From positions 60,267,257-60,324,741 of the forward strand of contig NC_068985.1 of NCBI RefSeq assembly GCF_001194135.2: a DNA stretch of 57,485 nt, written 5' to 3'. The notes under the pieces were generated by a model. The model searched no databases. It was given only the letters and a program-made list of their open reading frames with translations, and was not told where the DNA came from. Of the stretch, positions 1-12,874 are shown piece by piece. The first letter of the stretch is position 1. Each line of letters opens with the position of its first letter. Source of the DNA: Octopus bimaculoides (taxonomy: Eukaryota). The position numbers were made by a program, and so were the translations under genes.

Positions 1-35
<35 letters not shown>

Positions 36-241
36 CATATATATATACATATATATATACACACACACATATATATATACATATATATATATACACACAC
101 ACATATATATATACATATATATATACACACACACATATATATATACATATATATATATACACACACACATATATATATACATATATATATATATAGGTAT
201 TTAGATATGTATGTGTATTTAAATATGTCTGTCTATGTGCA

Positions 242-300
<59 letters not shown>
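1..300. repeat. (AT)n/(ATAC)n compound microsatellite
   Basis: Direct reading of the dinucleotide runs; the overlapping 'IYIY' ORF is an artefact of the repeat. Confidence 0.95.
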
Positions 301-651
301 ATACATGCAGAAAGACGGAAGGGAGAGACAAGGGTGAGGGTGAGAAAAATAAAACTAATTTTACAGCAAAATTCAATTGAGCCAGCAACAGACATTGCAA
401 GATATATTTATTTCATGTAGATATGTAATATTAAATGTTATTATAGTCAATATATATATACGCACTCACACACACATACACACATGTATGCACACACACA
501 TATATTCATGTTTGTCCACACATGACAAGTAATCAAAACAAATATACATATATTTTTTTATGTAATCCATAGAAGTTACAAAGTGAAACCCTCAACCTTT
601 GGAGTCTCTTTGCAGCTTCTATCAAAAATAATTTTTATATATATAGGCACA

Positions 652-1035
652 GATATGGTTGTGTAGTAAGAAACTTGCTTTCCAATCACATGCCTTTGAG
701 TTCAGTCCCACTGCATGGCACCTTGGGCAAGTGTCTTCTACTATAGCCTCGGGTTGACCAAAGCCTGGTGAGTGGATTTGATGGAGGGAAACTGGAAGAA
801 GCCTGTCATATATCTATGTGTGTGTTTGTGTCAATGTTTGTACCCTACCACTGCCTGACAACCAGCGTTGGTGTGTTTATGTCCCCAAAACTTAGTGGTT
901 TGGCAAAAGAGATAAAATTAGTACCAAGCTTAAGAAAGAAATAAGTACTGGGGTTGAATCATCCAACTAAAAATTCTTCAAGGCAGTGCTGTAGCATGGC
1001 CACAGTCTAATAACTGAAACAAGCAAAAGATAAAA
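652..1035 (+). mobile_element. tRNA-headed SINE (family A here)
   Basis: Head with box-A/box-B-like motifs (TGGTTGTGTAGT...GAGTTCAGTCCC), internal GT microsatellite, tail ...GCATGGCCACAGTC...TGAAACAAGCAAAAGATAAAAGA. The same sequence recurs at 18513-18915 and 23976-24418. Confidence 0.8.
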
Positions 1036-1119
1036 GATATATATATTTGTTTAAGTATTTGTTTTGCAAGATTCTTGATGTGACGTGTGTTGAAACAATA
1101 TCTTCCTTAGTGAATAATA

Positions 1120-1337
1120 TATTCCGCCTGACTGGCCTTCATGCCGGTGGCATGTAAAAGCACCTACTACACTCTCGGAGTGGATGGCATTAGGAAGGGC
1201 ATCCAGCTGTAGAAACTCTGCCAAATCAGATTGGAGCCTGGTGTAGCCATCTGGTTTCACCAGTCCTCAGTCAAATCGTCCAACCCATGCTAGCATGGAA
1301 AGCGGACGTTAAACAACGACGATGATGATGATGATAT
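1120..1337 (+). mobile_element. 5'-truncated RTE-LINE 3' UTR or RTE-tailed SINE ending in (GAT)n
   Basis: Matches the 3' UTR that follows the RTE ORF end at 6279-6877 (AAAAGCACCCACTACACTC...GCATGGAAAGCGGACGTTAAA(GAT)n). Confidence 0.8.
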
Positions 1338-2464
1338 TATTTTCCTTTAGATTTCTCATTAACTCAACATATCTTCCTCTACTCATAGTTTATATTTAGA
1401 ACTTATACTGATCAAATAACATTTCTATCAAGACCTAAATGATATATCTACTGTATAGCTTGGATCTATGTTCTTCCACTGTGTATTTGAATTGGTCAGT
1501 AATAGTTTAAATGCAGTAGAAATTTTGCGATAAATATTTTTCAAGTTGCTGGGTGGCATTGAAGAAACCAAGTATCATATTACAATTCTTTCATGCTCTG
1601 ATAAATAGAATTCCTAAGTAGATCTGCTGAAATAGCTCCCTATGCCTTATATTGGTCAAATATTGTTAGTTCTACTATCTCCCTTAAAAGGGTCTCTATT
1701 CCAAGTGGTGTGGTATTAGCTTTGATAAGGATGGGGTGGCGTTAAATTTCTCTATCTCTGTAGAATCTTTGTCGATCAAATATGGGATCTATTAATATAC
1801 ATGATTACAGCATCACAGAATTTTGGAATCTGCCAATCTATATGTAACATGTGTAAGCTGATTAAGAAATTACTGTTTATTAAGAAACTTTTTGACATTT
1901 TGATTAAAAAGATTTATAGGAATTTCTTTCTAGAATCAAAGAGAAATAAATATTGAGAGAAACAGTAGAGTTGTTTAAAGACAGCTAATAATTTCCTTGG
2001 AACTGTATCCTACATCAAATATTGTAATTTTTGATGTTGGTTGTTGTGTCAACATCCATCGATGCATCTAAATATGCATCCATCCACTCCATCTATACAT
2101 GCATCTTTCCATCTCTACTAACATACATACATATAAATGCAAACATTCATAAATTTATACAATCAGCCATCTATACATGAATACACACATATGTATACGT
2201 ACATGCATACATATTTATAAATACACTCCCACACCCCTCTAAGCTACACCACTTCCCTTCTGTATGTCCATCTCTAAACACATTATACTTCTATATACAC
2301 ATGTCCCTCCTCCCTTCTTAACTGATCCCATACAACTGCATTCTCACTTCCCTCCAAATCTCCTACTATTTTTGTCTTGATTCTTTCTTTCCAGCACCTT
2401 TTTTATTTCATCCACCCCTTACCCTTTGCTCTTTCTTCTGATGAACGACTATGTTTTTTGTATT

Positions 2465-5137
2465 TACAGTTAGTGGGTACTGGCATTAGCCACGTTTGGA
2501 TGATGCTTTTTACATGCCACCAGCACGGGAGCCAGTCAGTGGGTACTGGCATTGGTCATGTTCAGATGATGATTTCCATATGCCGCCAGCACAGGAGCCA
2601 GTCAGGCAGACTTGGTATCGACCATATTTGGTTGATGCTTTTTACATACCAGCAGCATGGGAGCCAGTCAGGGGGCACTGGCCACAGTTATGATATTGGT
2701 TTTACTTGACTCAACAGGTCTTCTCAAGCATATTATATTACCTGATGCATCAGGGGCACTCTTAACTGGGCCAGACATGCATGTCAGCAATCTCACTTTA
2801 GTTGCCGGGCCTTCTCAATCACAGCATATCTCCAAAGGTCTCAGTCTCCTGTCATTGCCTCTGTGAGGCCCTATGTTCAAATGTCATGCTTTACCACCTC
2901 ATCCCATGTCGTCCTGGGTCTACCTCTTCCACAGGTTCTTTCCATAAGGAGCAGCACTTCCTCACACAGCTGTCCTCATCCATATGTAACACATAACCAT
3001 ACCAGCACAGCTGTCTCTCTTGCACACCACATTTGATGCTTCTTAAACTCAATTTTTCTCTCAGGGTATTTGCACTCTGTCATGTAAGCAAATTGACATT
3101 ACACACCCAGCAGATCATACTAGCTTCATTTCTTTCAAACCTACGCATGTCCTCAGCAGTCATGGTCCATGCTTCACTGCTGTGTAGCATGGCAGTTTTC
3201 ACAAATGCATCATACAGTCTACCTTTCATCCTGAGCAAGAGGCCCTTAGTTGCCAGCAGAAGTAGGAGCTCCCTGAACTTTGCTCAGGCTATTCTTATTC
3301 TAGCCACTACACTCTCAGAGCNNNNNNNNNNNNNNNNNNNNNNNNNNNNNNNNNNNNNNNNNNNNNNNNNNNNNNNNCCCCACTACAGACTTGGTCACCT
3401 AGGTAGTAGAAGATATTGACTACTTCTAATTTCTCCCCGTGGCATGTGATGAAATCTGTTTTCTGTACATCTTCAGTGTTTATTGCCCCTGTGCATCTGC
3501 CACACACAAAACTATCTTCCTAATTAACCGTCTTTTGATATTGCTGCACCTCATATGTGTCCATAGCTTACACCAGGTACGTCGTATGGAGCTTCTACCC
3601 AGGCCATCTACCTGAAGGGGTCTGTAATTTGTCAGCCTTCCTACTTACTAAGACTTTGGTTTTTGCTAGGTTAACCCTAAGGCCCTTTAATTCTAGACCT
3701 TGCTTCCACACCTGAAACTTCTCTAGTTCTGGTAGTGACTTGGTTATAGAGCAAGGTCATCGGGATAGAGGAGCTCCCAGGGGCAACCTGTCTTGAACTC
3801 CTCTGTTATTGCCTGGAGGACTATAATGAACAAGAGTGGGCTGAGGACTTATCTTTGGTGAGCCCCTACTTCTATTTGGAATTCTTCACTATACTTGTTG
3901 ACAACCCTCACCTTACTGCCAGCATTCCTGTACAGGGCTTGTACAGCTCTTACCAACTACTCGTCTATCCCCAGTTTCCACATTGACCACCAGATAAGGG
4001 ATCAGGGGACCCTGTCAAAGGCTTTCTCCAAGTCAACAAAAGCCAAGTACAGAGGTTTATCTTTGGCTAGATATTTCTCCTACAGTTGCCTTACCAGAAA
4101 TATAGCATCAGTGGTGTTTCTCCCTGGCACAAAACCAAACTGCATCTCCTCGAGACTAATACTCTCTCTAATTAGTTGGGTTATGACCCTCTCTGTAACT
4201 TTCATCACCTGATCCAATAATTTGATATCCCTGTAGTTATTTCTATCTAAAGTATCGACGATCTTTCGATACCAATCCTCCTTTTTGCTTCAGCGTTTGT
4301 TTACATCAATTCGGCAATCCCCGTAATGAAAGAGGGAAAGGACGTTAGTCAGCGACAGCTTTGATCTGTTAGGTAGCAGACAGCAGGGACCCCCTCTCTT
4401 AAGAACACATGCCAGTTATCTCTCTTTCCCCCTCTCTTAAGAACACATGCCAGTTATCTCTCGCTTTCTCTCTCTATCTCTAACCCTAACCCTAACCCAT
4501 AATCCTAACCCTAAGTGACCTGTGTTTTTAAGAGAGTGTGAAAGAGATAGATAGAGAGAGAGTGTGTGAAAGAGATAGACAGAGAGAGAGAAAGCGAGGG
4601 AGTGTGAAAGAGATAGACAGAGAGAGAGAAAGCGAGAGAGCGTGAAAGAGACAAATAGAGAGAGAGTGTGAAAGAGATAGACAGAGAGAGAGAAAGCGAG
4701 AGATAAGTGACATGTGTTTTTAAGAGAGGGGGACGGGAGGGGGAAAGAGAGATAACTGGCATGTGTTCTTAAGGGATGGGTTTCCCTGCTGTCTGCTACC
4801 TAACACACCAAAGCTGTCGATGACTAACGTCCTTTCCCTCTTCCTTTACGGAAATTGCCGAACGATTGTCAAACGAGTTGGCATATAGAAAACTTGTACC
4901 GAAGGATCGCCAAAGCATCACCTTTACCCTTGTAGCAGGTGACTATAGTGCTGCTACACCAGTCATTGGATATGACTCCTTCATGAACTACCTGATTTAC
5001 GATGTGGGTGACAAGACCATAACTCACATCGCCCAATATTTTAAGCACCTCAGTGGTGATTTCTATTGGGCCAGTTGCTTTCCCAGTCTTCATATCCTTA
5101 ATTGCTTCCTCTACCAGGGTACTGTCGATATACATAT
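2465..5137 (-). mobile_element. RTE-clade LINE, 3' half (RT pseudogene plus 3' UTR), interrupted by a MITE
   Basis: Minus-strand translation gives RT motifs: AIKDMKTGKATG, YKGKGDAL|DRNNYRDIKLL, QFGFVPGRNTTDAIFLVRQLQEKYLAKDKPLYLAFVDLEKAFD, YPDDL, YYLGDQ, GRGRPR.TW. It contains stops and frameshifts. Confidence 0.9.
4257..4911. mobile_element. Merlin-like MITE (655 bp) with 8-bp TSD and internal (CCCTAA)n
   Basis: Ends GACGATCTTTCGATACC / GTACCGAAGGATCGCC; TSD AAAGTATC (4249-4256) / AAAGCATC (4912-4919); about 120-bp subterminal inverted repeats. It splits the RTE ORF between KGDAL and DRNNY. GGNRM termini with an 8-bp TSD fit the Merlin superfamily. Confidence 0.8.
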
Positions 5138-5139
5138 AT

Positions 5140-5275
5140 GTATATGATGGGCTTCTTTTAGTGTCTGTCTATCGAATCCATTCACAAGGCTTTGGTCAGT
5201 CTGAGTCTACAGTTGAAAATATTTACTTGCCCGAAGTACCATACAGTGCAAGCTTCTTATCACGCAGCCACAGCA
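5140..5275 (-). mobile_element. Family A SINE fragment (5' part)
   Basis: Reverse complement of the family A head/core (CACAAGGCTTTGGTC...TTGCCC.AAGTACCA). Confidence 0.65.
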
Positions 5276-5569
5276 ATATATATATATATATACCCCCCCA
5301 CCCACACATGCAAATATGTGTGTGTGTGTGTGCATGTGTGAACATGTGGTACTGTCTACTTGCCTTAACACTGCACGATAAACGAGTCACCATAATGCTT
5401 GCAGACAGACAGACATACACTCATACAATCATATATATGAATGCACATACAAATATATATGTGCATATTTATACATTTATCTGTACATCCCATCATATAT
5501 GCATACATACATAGTTTATACATATGTATACACATTCATATAGGCATAGATACATACATGCATACATAC

Positions 5570-5830
5570 ACTGAAAGACACATGACCACTACATCATAAT
5601 TTGGAAGTCATGCTTTTGCAATCCAAGAGCAAGAATTTGCTTGCAAACAGACTGTGAAATCTTTAAAACTCTAAACGGCTACAGAAAATGTCAATTGTGT
5701 CACATTCTATGAAAGATGTTAAACATGTAATGAGCAGCTGTCCCAAAATGTCATCAACATTACTACCTCCCTTTATGATGTCATGTTGCTAAAACAATAT
5801 ATGATGGTGTCCATAGAAAAGTCTGCTCTG
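5570..5830 (+). pseudogene. RLE-type (R4/Dong-like) non-LTR retrotransposon C-terminal fragment
   Basis: Translates, with frameshifts, to FAIQEQE ... KCQLC...EDVKHVMSSCPKMSS.YYLP, the CCHC knuckle region upstream of the RLE domain. Confidence 0.6.
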
Positions 5831-5841
5831 GGATAAATTGA

Positions 5842-5875
<34 letters not shown>

Positions 5876-5991
5876 GTATATATATATATATNNNNNNNNN
5901 NNNNNNNNNNNNNNNNNNNNNNNNNNNNNNNNNNNNNNNNNNNNNNNNNNNNNNNNNNNNNNNNNNNNNNNNNNNNNNNNNNNNNNNNNNN

Positions 5992-6877
5992 TGACTGCTG
6001 AGGATATGCGTAAGCTTGCAAGAAATGAAGCCAGTATGTGGTGTGAAAGAGAGACGATTGTGTTGGTATGGTCATGTGGCGAGAATGGATGAGGATAGCT
6101 GTGTGAAAAAGTGTCACACTCTAGTGGTTGAGGGAATCTGTGGAAGAGGTAGACCCAGGAAGACGTGGGATGAGGTGGTGAAGCACAACCTTCGAACATT
6201 AGGCCTCACCGAGACAATGACTAGAGACCGAGCCCTTTGGAAATATGCTGTGCATGAGAAGACCGAGCAAGACAAGTAAGACCATAACCCATTGCCTTTA
6301 CCAGGGGTGTAGCCAGCCCACTTATGCATACCTTTCCTTCATTGGACACTAAACTCTGCTTGCGAAGACCTGTTGAGGCAAGTGAAATCAAAATCGAACC
6401 AAATTCAATAACTGGCACCCATGCCAGTGGAGTGCTAACAGCACTATCTGAGGGCGATCATTGCCAGAGCATCTGTCTGGCTTCCGTGCCGGTGGCACGT
6501 AAATAGCACCACTTGAGTGTGATCGTTACCAGTGCCACAATAATGGCACTTGTGCCGTTGGCACATGAAAAAACATTCGAGTGAGGTCATTGCCAATGCT
6601 ACTGGATTGGCTCCTGTGCAGGTGGCACCTAAAAAACACCATTTGAGAATGGCCGTTGCCAGTACCACCTGACTGGCTCTCATGCTGGTGGCACGTAAAA
6701 GCACCCACTACACACTCAGAGATGTTGGCATTAGGAATGGCATCCAGCTGTAGAAACTCTGCCAGATCAAATTGGAGCCTGGTGCAGCCATGTGGTTCGC
6801 CAGTCCTCAGTCAAATCGTCCAACCCAAGTTAGCATGGAAAGCGGATGTTAAACAATGATGATGATGATGATGATGA
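5992..6877 (+). mobile_element. RTE-clade LINE 3' end with tandem-repeat 3' UTR and (GAT)n tail
   Basis: ORF 6016-6279: RRLCWYGHVARM...GRGRPRKTWDEVVK...RDRALWKYAV. It is followed by about 4 tandem 60-70-bp units and a (GAT)n tail. Confidence 0.9.
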
Positions 6878-7138
6878 CATAAAATATCAGTAAGATTCTG
6901 TTGGATTAGTTATTTAAGTTGAGGCACTTCATTAGGTCAGAATAATATACACACACAACAATATTATGCAAATATCAACTTTGGTACAGAAGTACCAGCA
7001 GAATGATATACCTGTAGTGCATGCAGACAATTTGACCCAGCTGAGTATATAATCTGCTCTTGAACTATTCAGGCATGTACAATTTATTAAATATACAGTC
7101 CATAATATACTCTAGAATTTGTGAAGGGCATGTTCTGA

Positions 7139-7501
7139 GACAGGTGTCAATTAATTAAGGCTGTTTCTAACAACTCCTTTAATGGCTTAATGAATACATT
7201 ATATTATTATAAAGAAACCGTTTCCTTCAGATGAATACAAGGACCTTACAATCAAGGACATTCCAAATGATTTAACATATTTTAAAATCCACAGAGTAAA
7301 GCATTTCAACTGAAATAGTAGCAGAATCATTAAAAATGTTTTGCTCCATTCATTTTAAAATATGTTAAATAATTTGAAATGTCCTTGATTGTAGAGTTCA
7401 TGTATTTATCTGAAGAAAATGATTTCTTTATAATGATATAATGCATTCATTAATCAATTAAAGGAGTTGTTAGAAATGGCTGTAATTAATTGACACCTGT
7501 C
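7139..7501. mobile_element. Foldback/MITE with about 150-bp terminal inverted repeats
   Basis: GACAGGTGTCAATTAATT... (7139-7288) is an imperfect reverse complement of ...AATTAATTGACACCTGTC (7352-7501), with a spacer of about 60 bp. No clean TSD. Confidence 0.7.
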
Positions 7502-7599
7502 CTTCAATTGTTACTTATTTATATTTTCTTCTACCCATCCACACTCCCCCAGTTCTTTCACTCCCTCCCCCATTCGCTTCTGCTCACCTTGAGGATCCC

Positions 7600-7940
7600 C
7601 CCAGACCAGCTCCACCTAATCATTTCTATCCTCTTTTAAAGTGTGAGAAACTATGTAATGCCTCTACAGCAAGAAATCTGTTCTGCTCTAGCCCTTTATG
7701 CTGTGACTCCTCATCTCATCACATAAAGCTGCCTTTCTAAGGCTATATAGTCTTGTAAGCTGCATCGTAAGCCCACTAGTGGCAGGAAAAAAAGCACCCA
7801 GTACAAGCTATAAAATGACTGGCCTGAGGAAAGGCATCCAGCAGTAGTAAACCATGCTAAAGTAGACACTGGAGCACAATGCAGTCCTTGGACATATCAG
7901 ATCCTGTCAAACCATCCAATCTGTGTTAGCATGATGATGA
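7600..7940 (+). mobile_element. Retroposon 3' fragment (family C) with RTE-like tail
   Basis: CTACAGCAAGAAATCTG.TCTGCTC core shared with 16300-16655 and, inverted, with 28135-28440; ends in (GAT)n. Confidence 0.6.
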
Positions 7941-8679
7941 TACATATTTATAAACATACATACAGATATACATATATGTATGTGTGTATATGTACACACA
8001 CACATGTGTGTGTATGTACACCAGCACATACACACATTTTTATCTGTACAACTGATTGTTGTACAGACAGATATATAATAATTCAGTTTTTCAACTCCCC
8101 TACCCCTTATCATATAAATATTTATCACATCTCAGATCTTTACTTTGTGTTAAACACCAAGGCTATGCCAATGCTGGAGCACCAGTCTTATTGATATTTC
8201 AGAAATAGAAAATACATTATTTTTTTATTGTCTACCTTTTCCTATTGGTTTCTTAATGTGAAATTCTTAGATATTCCAGAAACTTCAATATATCAGTAGC
8301 AATTCTAAATAGAACTTCTCTCATAAATCCATTGATTGCTGTCTCAGCTGTTCAGTTCCTCTTCTTCATTTTAGTCTGTATATTTTCAAACAAGTTGTCT
8401 GTTTAATTCACCAAACAAAGCAAGTTTCTTATCAAATTAAAAGTGATTTGAAGGAATGCCAGATATTAAACCAAACAAAAAGGAAGTGCCAACTTCACTT
8501 CCTGGAATAACTAAATAATGCTAATCACTACAGAAAGCTGAGTTATCATCATTAATGTTGAAAATCATTTAAACTCAGATTAATTCAGATTTTACACACA
8601 CAAGGAAAAAAATGAAAGATAGCATTAGGAAACATTAAGAACATATTACTGGAATATTAATTATAAGCAAAACATGGTA

Positions 8680-8836
8680 CAGGTGTGATTTTATGGTTGA
8701 TAAGAAGTTCACTTCACCAGTTGTATGATTTGGGATTCAGCTCCACTGTGTAGCGCCTTGGCAAGGGTCTTTTAGTATAGGTTAGAGCCAACCGAAGCCT
8801 TGCGAATAGATTTTGGGAGGTGAAAGCTGAAAGAAG

Positions 8837-8850
<14 letters not shown>
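8680..8850 (+). mobile_element. Degenerate family A SINE 5' part
   Basis: Diverged match to the family A head/core, ending at a GT/GA microsatellite. Confidence 0.55.
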
Positions 8851-8881
<31 letters not shown>

Positions 8882-8891
8882 NNNNNNNNNN

Positions 8892-8935
<44 letters not shown>

Positions 8936-9889
8936 TCCTTGTCTTTCATTAAAAATATGTCTAGCCTTACTTGGAAATGAGTGAGGGTTGGCAACAAGAA
9001 GGCTACCTGGCCATAGAAAATCTTCTTCAATGAATTGTGTGATCTAAGTATGCAAGGGAAAGTGGACATTAAAATGACTATGATGATGATAATGATGATA
9101 ATGAAAGTAAATTAAATAATGGATTTTTTTCTGTTGAGACTCAGTACAACATTATTGACAACAAAATAGGAAGTTTCAGTATGATAGTATAACAACATAG
9201 TAGTGAAGATATTAGGGTGTAGGAGATGGTGTACAAATAAGCAAATAAATTATCAAATAAAGAATAAGCTGTAATCTTTTAAAACATTGGTGTTACATTA
9301 ATTGCAATTTGTGTGTTTGGTAAGCAAATAGAAAATAACAGTTGATACCCACAGACAAAAATTGTGTTACACAGAGTTATTACAAATGAGGAACATTAAT
9401 TGCAGTTATTTAAATAAGTAAATGATATTTTTCCTGAGAATTATGCAAGAGATTTTGTACTTGATTAGATCACCAGACAAGACAACTGATATAGTTTGTT
9501 CTTAAAAGCACACTGTTTATATGTAAAGTTATTGTTAACATAAACAATGCAGTGCAGCTTAGTGCTCACTGTATTAGATATATTAACACCAACTTAACTA
9601 TTGTTTTTCTTGGGGATGGTGTGTCTGAGTAATGAATCTCAGTCATTAAGGCAGGAGATTGGCAGAATCATTAGACAAAATACCTTGTGGTACTTAGGTT
9701 GCTTTGCTTTCCCAGTTCAAAGTCCTCTGGGGTCAAATTTGTTTTTCATTCCTATAGAGTCAATAAAATAAGGTACAATCAGACATTAAGGTGTTTTAAA
9801 TTTTAATGAAACATCCTAGATGTGAAAGGAATTATAATGTAAATAGCAAATTTTGAAAATCTGTGTGTGTGTGTGTGTACGCGCACATG

Positions 9890-10200
9890 TACGTTTATGC
9901 GCGTTTAATTTGTATATGTGACTGAGTGGTAGGAAGTTTACATCCCAACCACATGGTCCTAGGTTAACTCCAACTGCATGGGAGTTCCTTGCCTTGATAT
10001 TGCATAATAGTTGTAAACAAATGTAATTATTATACAAGTGGTGTCCTTCATTCCCAATCTTCTGTAAAATCATGTCTGGTCATGGGGAATATTACCTTAC
10101 TTGGAAACAGGTGAGGTTGACGACAGTGCACCAGGGTGTTAAATATTCGCTTTTCATCCAATCCACGCAAGCATGGAAAAATGGACATTGAGGTAGCAGT
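9890..10200 (+). mobile_element. tRNA-headed SINE with RTE-like tail
   Basis: Family A-like head, core CATGTCTGGTCATGGGGAATATTACCTTACTTGGAAACAGGTGAGG, tail GCATGGAAAAATGGACATT. A partial relative lies at about 8955-9100. Confidence 0.6.
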
Positions 10201-10614
10201 GGCAGTGGTGATGGCAGCAACAGCAACCATTTAGTATTAAATGTTGAAAGAAAGAGTACTCAATACTATAGTAGACATTAATAATATATCTTATTTTGGT
10301 TGAGTCAACCTCTTGTTACTTTGAAGCTTTGCTTGTGTGTACACAGGCTCATCAGCTGAGTTATGACCCTAAAAGAACAATATTTTTAGAATGAGGTGAC
10401 TGGGCACCACTGTTTGGTATGCTGACAATTTGGCATGGCTGACTGGATGTTCAGCTTATTTTGGCAACACCACTTAGCACTAGAGGCAAATGCGCATGCA
10501 TACACACAAATACACACACACACATCTACAGATAGCAAGACTGTGACACGACAATTTATTAATTGGGCCACTTCTCCTCATACATGTAAGTAATAATATG
10601 CTTGCAAAGATTCA

Positions 10615-10830
10615 AGTGGTGAGCTGGCAGAACTGTTACTGTGCTGGGTAAAATGCTTAGTGGCATTTTATCCATCATTACATTCTGAGTTCACTTGCCA
10701 CCAGGGTCAACTTTGCTTTCATCCTTTTGGGGTCAGTAAAATAAGTACCAGTTGAGCACTGGGGTTGATGTAATCAATTAAGCCCTTCCCCTAAACTTAC
10801 TGGCCTTATGCCAAAATTTGAAACCAATAT
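10615..10830 (+). mobile_element. SINE (family D here)
   Basis: GAGCTGGCAGAA...TTCTGAGTTCA...CTTTCATCCTTTTGGGGTC...AAGTACCAG core, which recurs more than 12 times in the window. Confidence 0.75.
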
Positions 10831-10984
10831 GCTTGCACACATTAGCAGAGAGAGGGCAAAAGAGGGAAGGAACAAAAGAAACATTAAGATATTTGATGTC
10901 AGATAAGTCGGCATCGAATCAACAATGTCAAATAGGCTGCAACAAAACAGCTGAGCCAAAACATCTCATACCTGATGCCAATCG

Positions 10985-11407
10985 TCTTCTAATATAATAA
11001 ATGCGAATGTCAGTTTTTCTGTATTACACTTTTTTCAACTTTACTTCTGGAGATCCTAGCCTAACTTATCATACCATTTTGGAATCAGGCTGACTCCATT
11101 AGTAAATTAAGAACATTCCAGGCCGAATCTAGACCCACAATCTTGAAATTTTGGATTCCCAAGTTTTCATTACTGTGATTGTTTTCTGTACTTTTTTTAC
11201 ATGATATTTTGAGATGAAATTTTTTGTATAACAATTTTTATAACTTGGAAATAAATTTTGGGAATAATAAAAATTGATTGCGAAATCCAGTGATAATTTA
11301 CAGCAATTTTTTTATGTGATTTTTTTTTTGACAAATATGGTAGAAGTTGTTGCAACAAATTCTCCAAAACAAGTCAGAGATCTGTTTGCAGAACTTCCCA
11401 TTCGATA
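10985..11407 (+). mobile_element. Probable non-autonomous Helitron 5' part (3' end lost in gap)
   Basis: Starts TCTTCTAATATAATAAATGCGAATGTC, typical of Helitron-N 5' ends, and runs into an N gap. Confidence 0.4.
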
Positions 11408-12094
11408 NNNNNNNNNNNNNNNNNNNNNNNNNNNNNNNNNNNNNNNNNNNNNNNNNNNNNNNNNNNNNNNNNNNNNNNNNNNNNNNNNNNNNNNNNNNNN
11501 NNNNNNNNNNNNNNNNNNNNNNNNNNNNNNNNNNNNNNNNNNNNNNNNNNNNNNNNNNNNNNNNNNNNNNNNNNNNNNNNNNNNNNNNNNNNNNNNNNNN
11601 NNNNNNNNNNNNNNNNNNNNNNNNNNNNNNNNNNNNNNNNNNNNNNNNNNNNNNNNNNNNNNNNNNNNNNNNNNNNNNNNNNNNNNNNNNNNNNNNNNNN
11701 NNNNNNNNNNNNNNNNNNNNNNNNNNNNNNNNNNNNNNNNNNNNNNNNNNNNNNNNNNNNNNNNNNNNNNNNNNNNNNNNNNNNNNNNNNNNNNNNNNNN
11801 NNNNNNNNNNNNNNNNNNNNNNNNNNNNNNNNNNNNNNNNNNNNNNNNNNNNNNNNNNNNNNNNNNNNNNNNNNNNNNNNNNNNNNNNNNNNNNNNNNNN
11901 NNNNNNNNNNNNNNNNNNNNNNNNNNNNNNNNNNNNNNNNNNNNNNNNNNNNNNNNNNNNNNNNNNNNNNNNNNNNNNNNNNNNNNNNNNNNNNNNNNNN
12001 NNNNNNNNNNNNNNNNNNNNNNNNNNNNNNNNNNNNNNNNNNNNNNNNNNNNNNNNNNNNNNNNNNNNNNNNNNNNNNNNNNNNNNNNNNNNNN

Positions 12095-12129
<35 letters not shown>

Positions 12130-12136
<7 letters not shown>

Positions 12137-12265
12137 GATGGGCTTCTTTCAGTTTCCATCTACCAAATCCACTCACATGGCTTTGGTCGGCCCAAGGTGC
12201 CATGCAGTGGGACTGAACCCGGAACCATGTGATTCGCAGGAAAGCTACTTACTACACAGTGAATC
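12130..12265 (-). mobile_element. Family A SINE 5' part
   Basis: Reverse complement of the family A head (GTGGGACTGAACCCGGAACCATGTG...CTTACTACACAG). Confidence 0.7.
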
Positions 12266-12523
12266 CTACACCTATATTACACATTTTTAGACTGTCTTCT
12301 ATTTGTCTGCTAAATGTGTGTGTGTGTGTGAGGGGTTATAATAAGGCTTTGACCCAGTTGTGGTAGAGAAGTGTTGAAATGTTTTGTTGATATTCTATGT
12401 AGTGGTTGTTGTTGGTGTTAGTTTAATTTTATTTAATAAAATGAGATTTTTGGTTCTTAAGATTAAATTTAAATTTCATCTGGGCAAAACGAAATTATAA
12501 CAAAGAAGTATAGGGGTGTCTGG

Positions 12524-12562
<39 letters not shown>

Positions 12563-12789
12563 AATAGATGGATAAATAGACAAATTTAAGAGTTATTATG
12601 TTATACACAGTTTAAAAATAGATTAATGCTATAAAATGTATTTTACTGCTACAAAATTGCTGTCTGAAGCACGTATGGACAGCTAGAATAACACACTCTA
12701 ATACATAAACACACTGCTTGCCATATAAAATATATAGCTTCTATTCATAACCGTTTTTTACTGAGGAAAAAAGAACTGTAGGAGTAAAT

Positions 12790-12823
12790 TAATTACCGTT
12801 TTTATGTGTGTGTGTGTGTGTGC

Positions 12824-12874
<51 letters not shown>

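Noticed and set aside
1400-1800. Possible LINE C-terminal remnant on the minus strand (…FIAKF…HSGR…)
   Set aside because: Too many stops and too little motif evidence to call by eye.
6480-6700. CRISPR-like repeat/spacer appearance
   Set aside because: The 'spacers' are homologous to each other and the array is a LINE 3' UTR in a eukaryotic genome; no cas genes are present.
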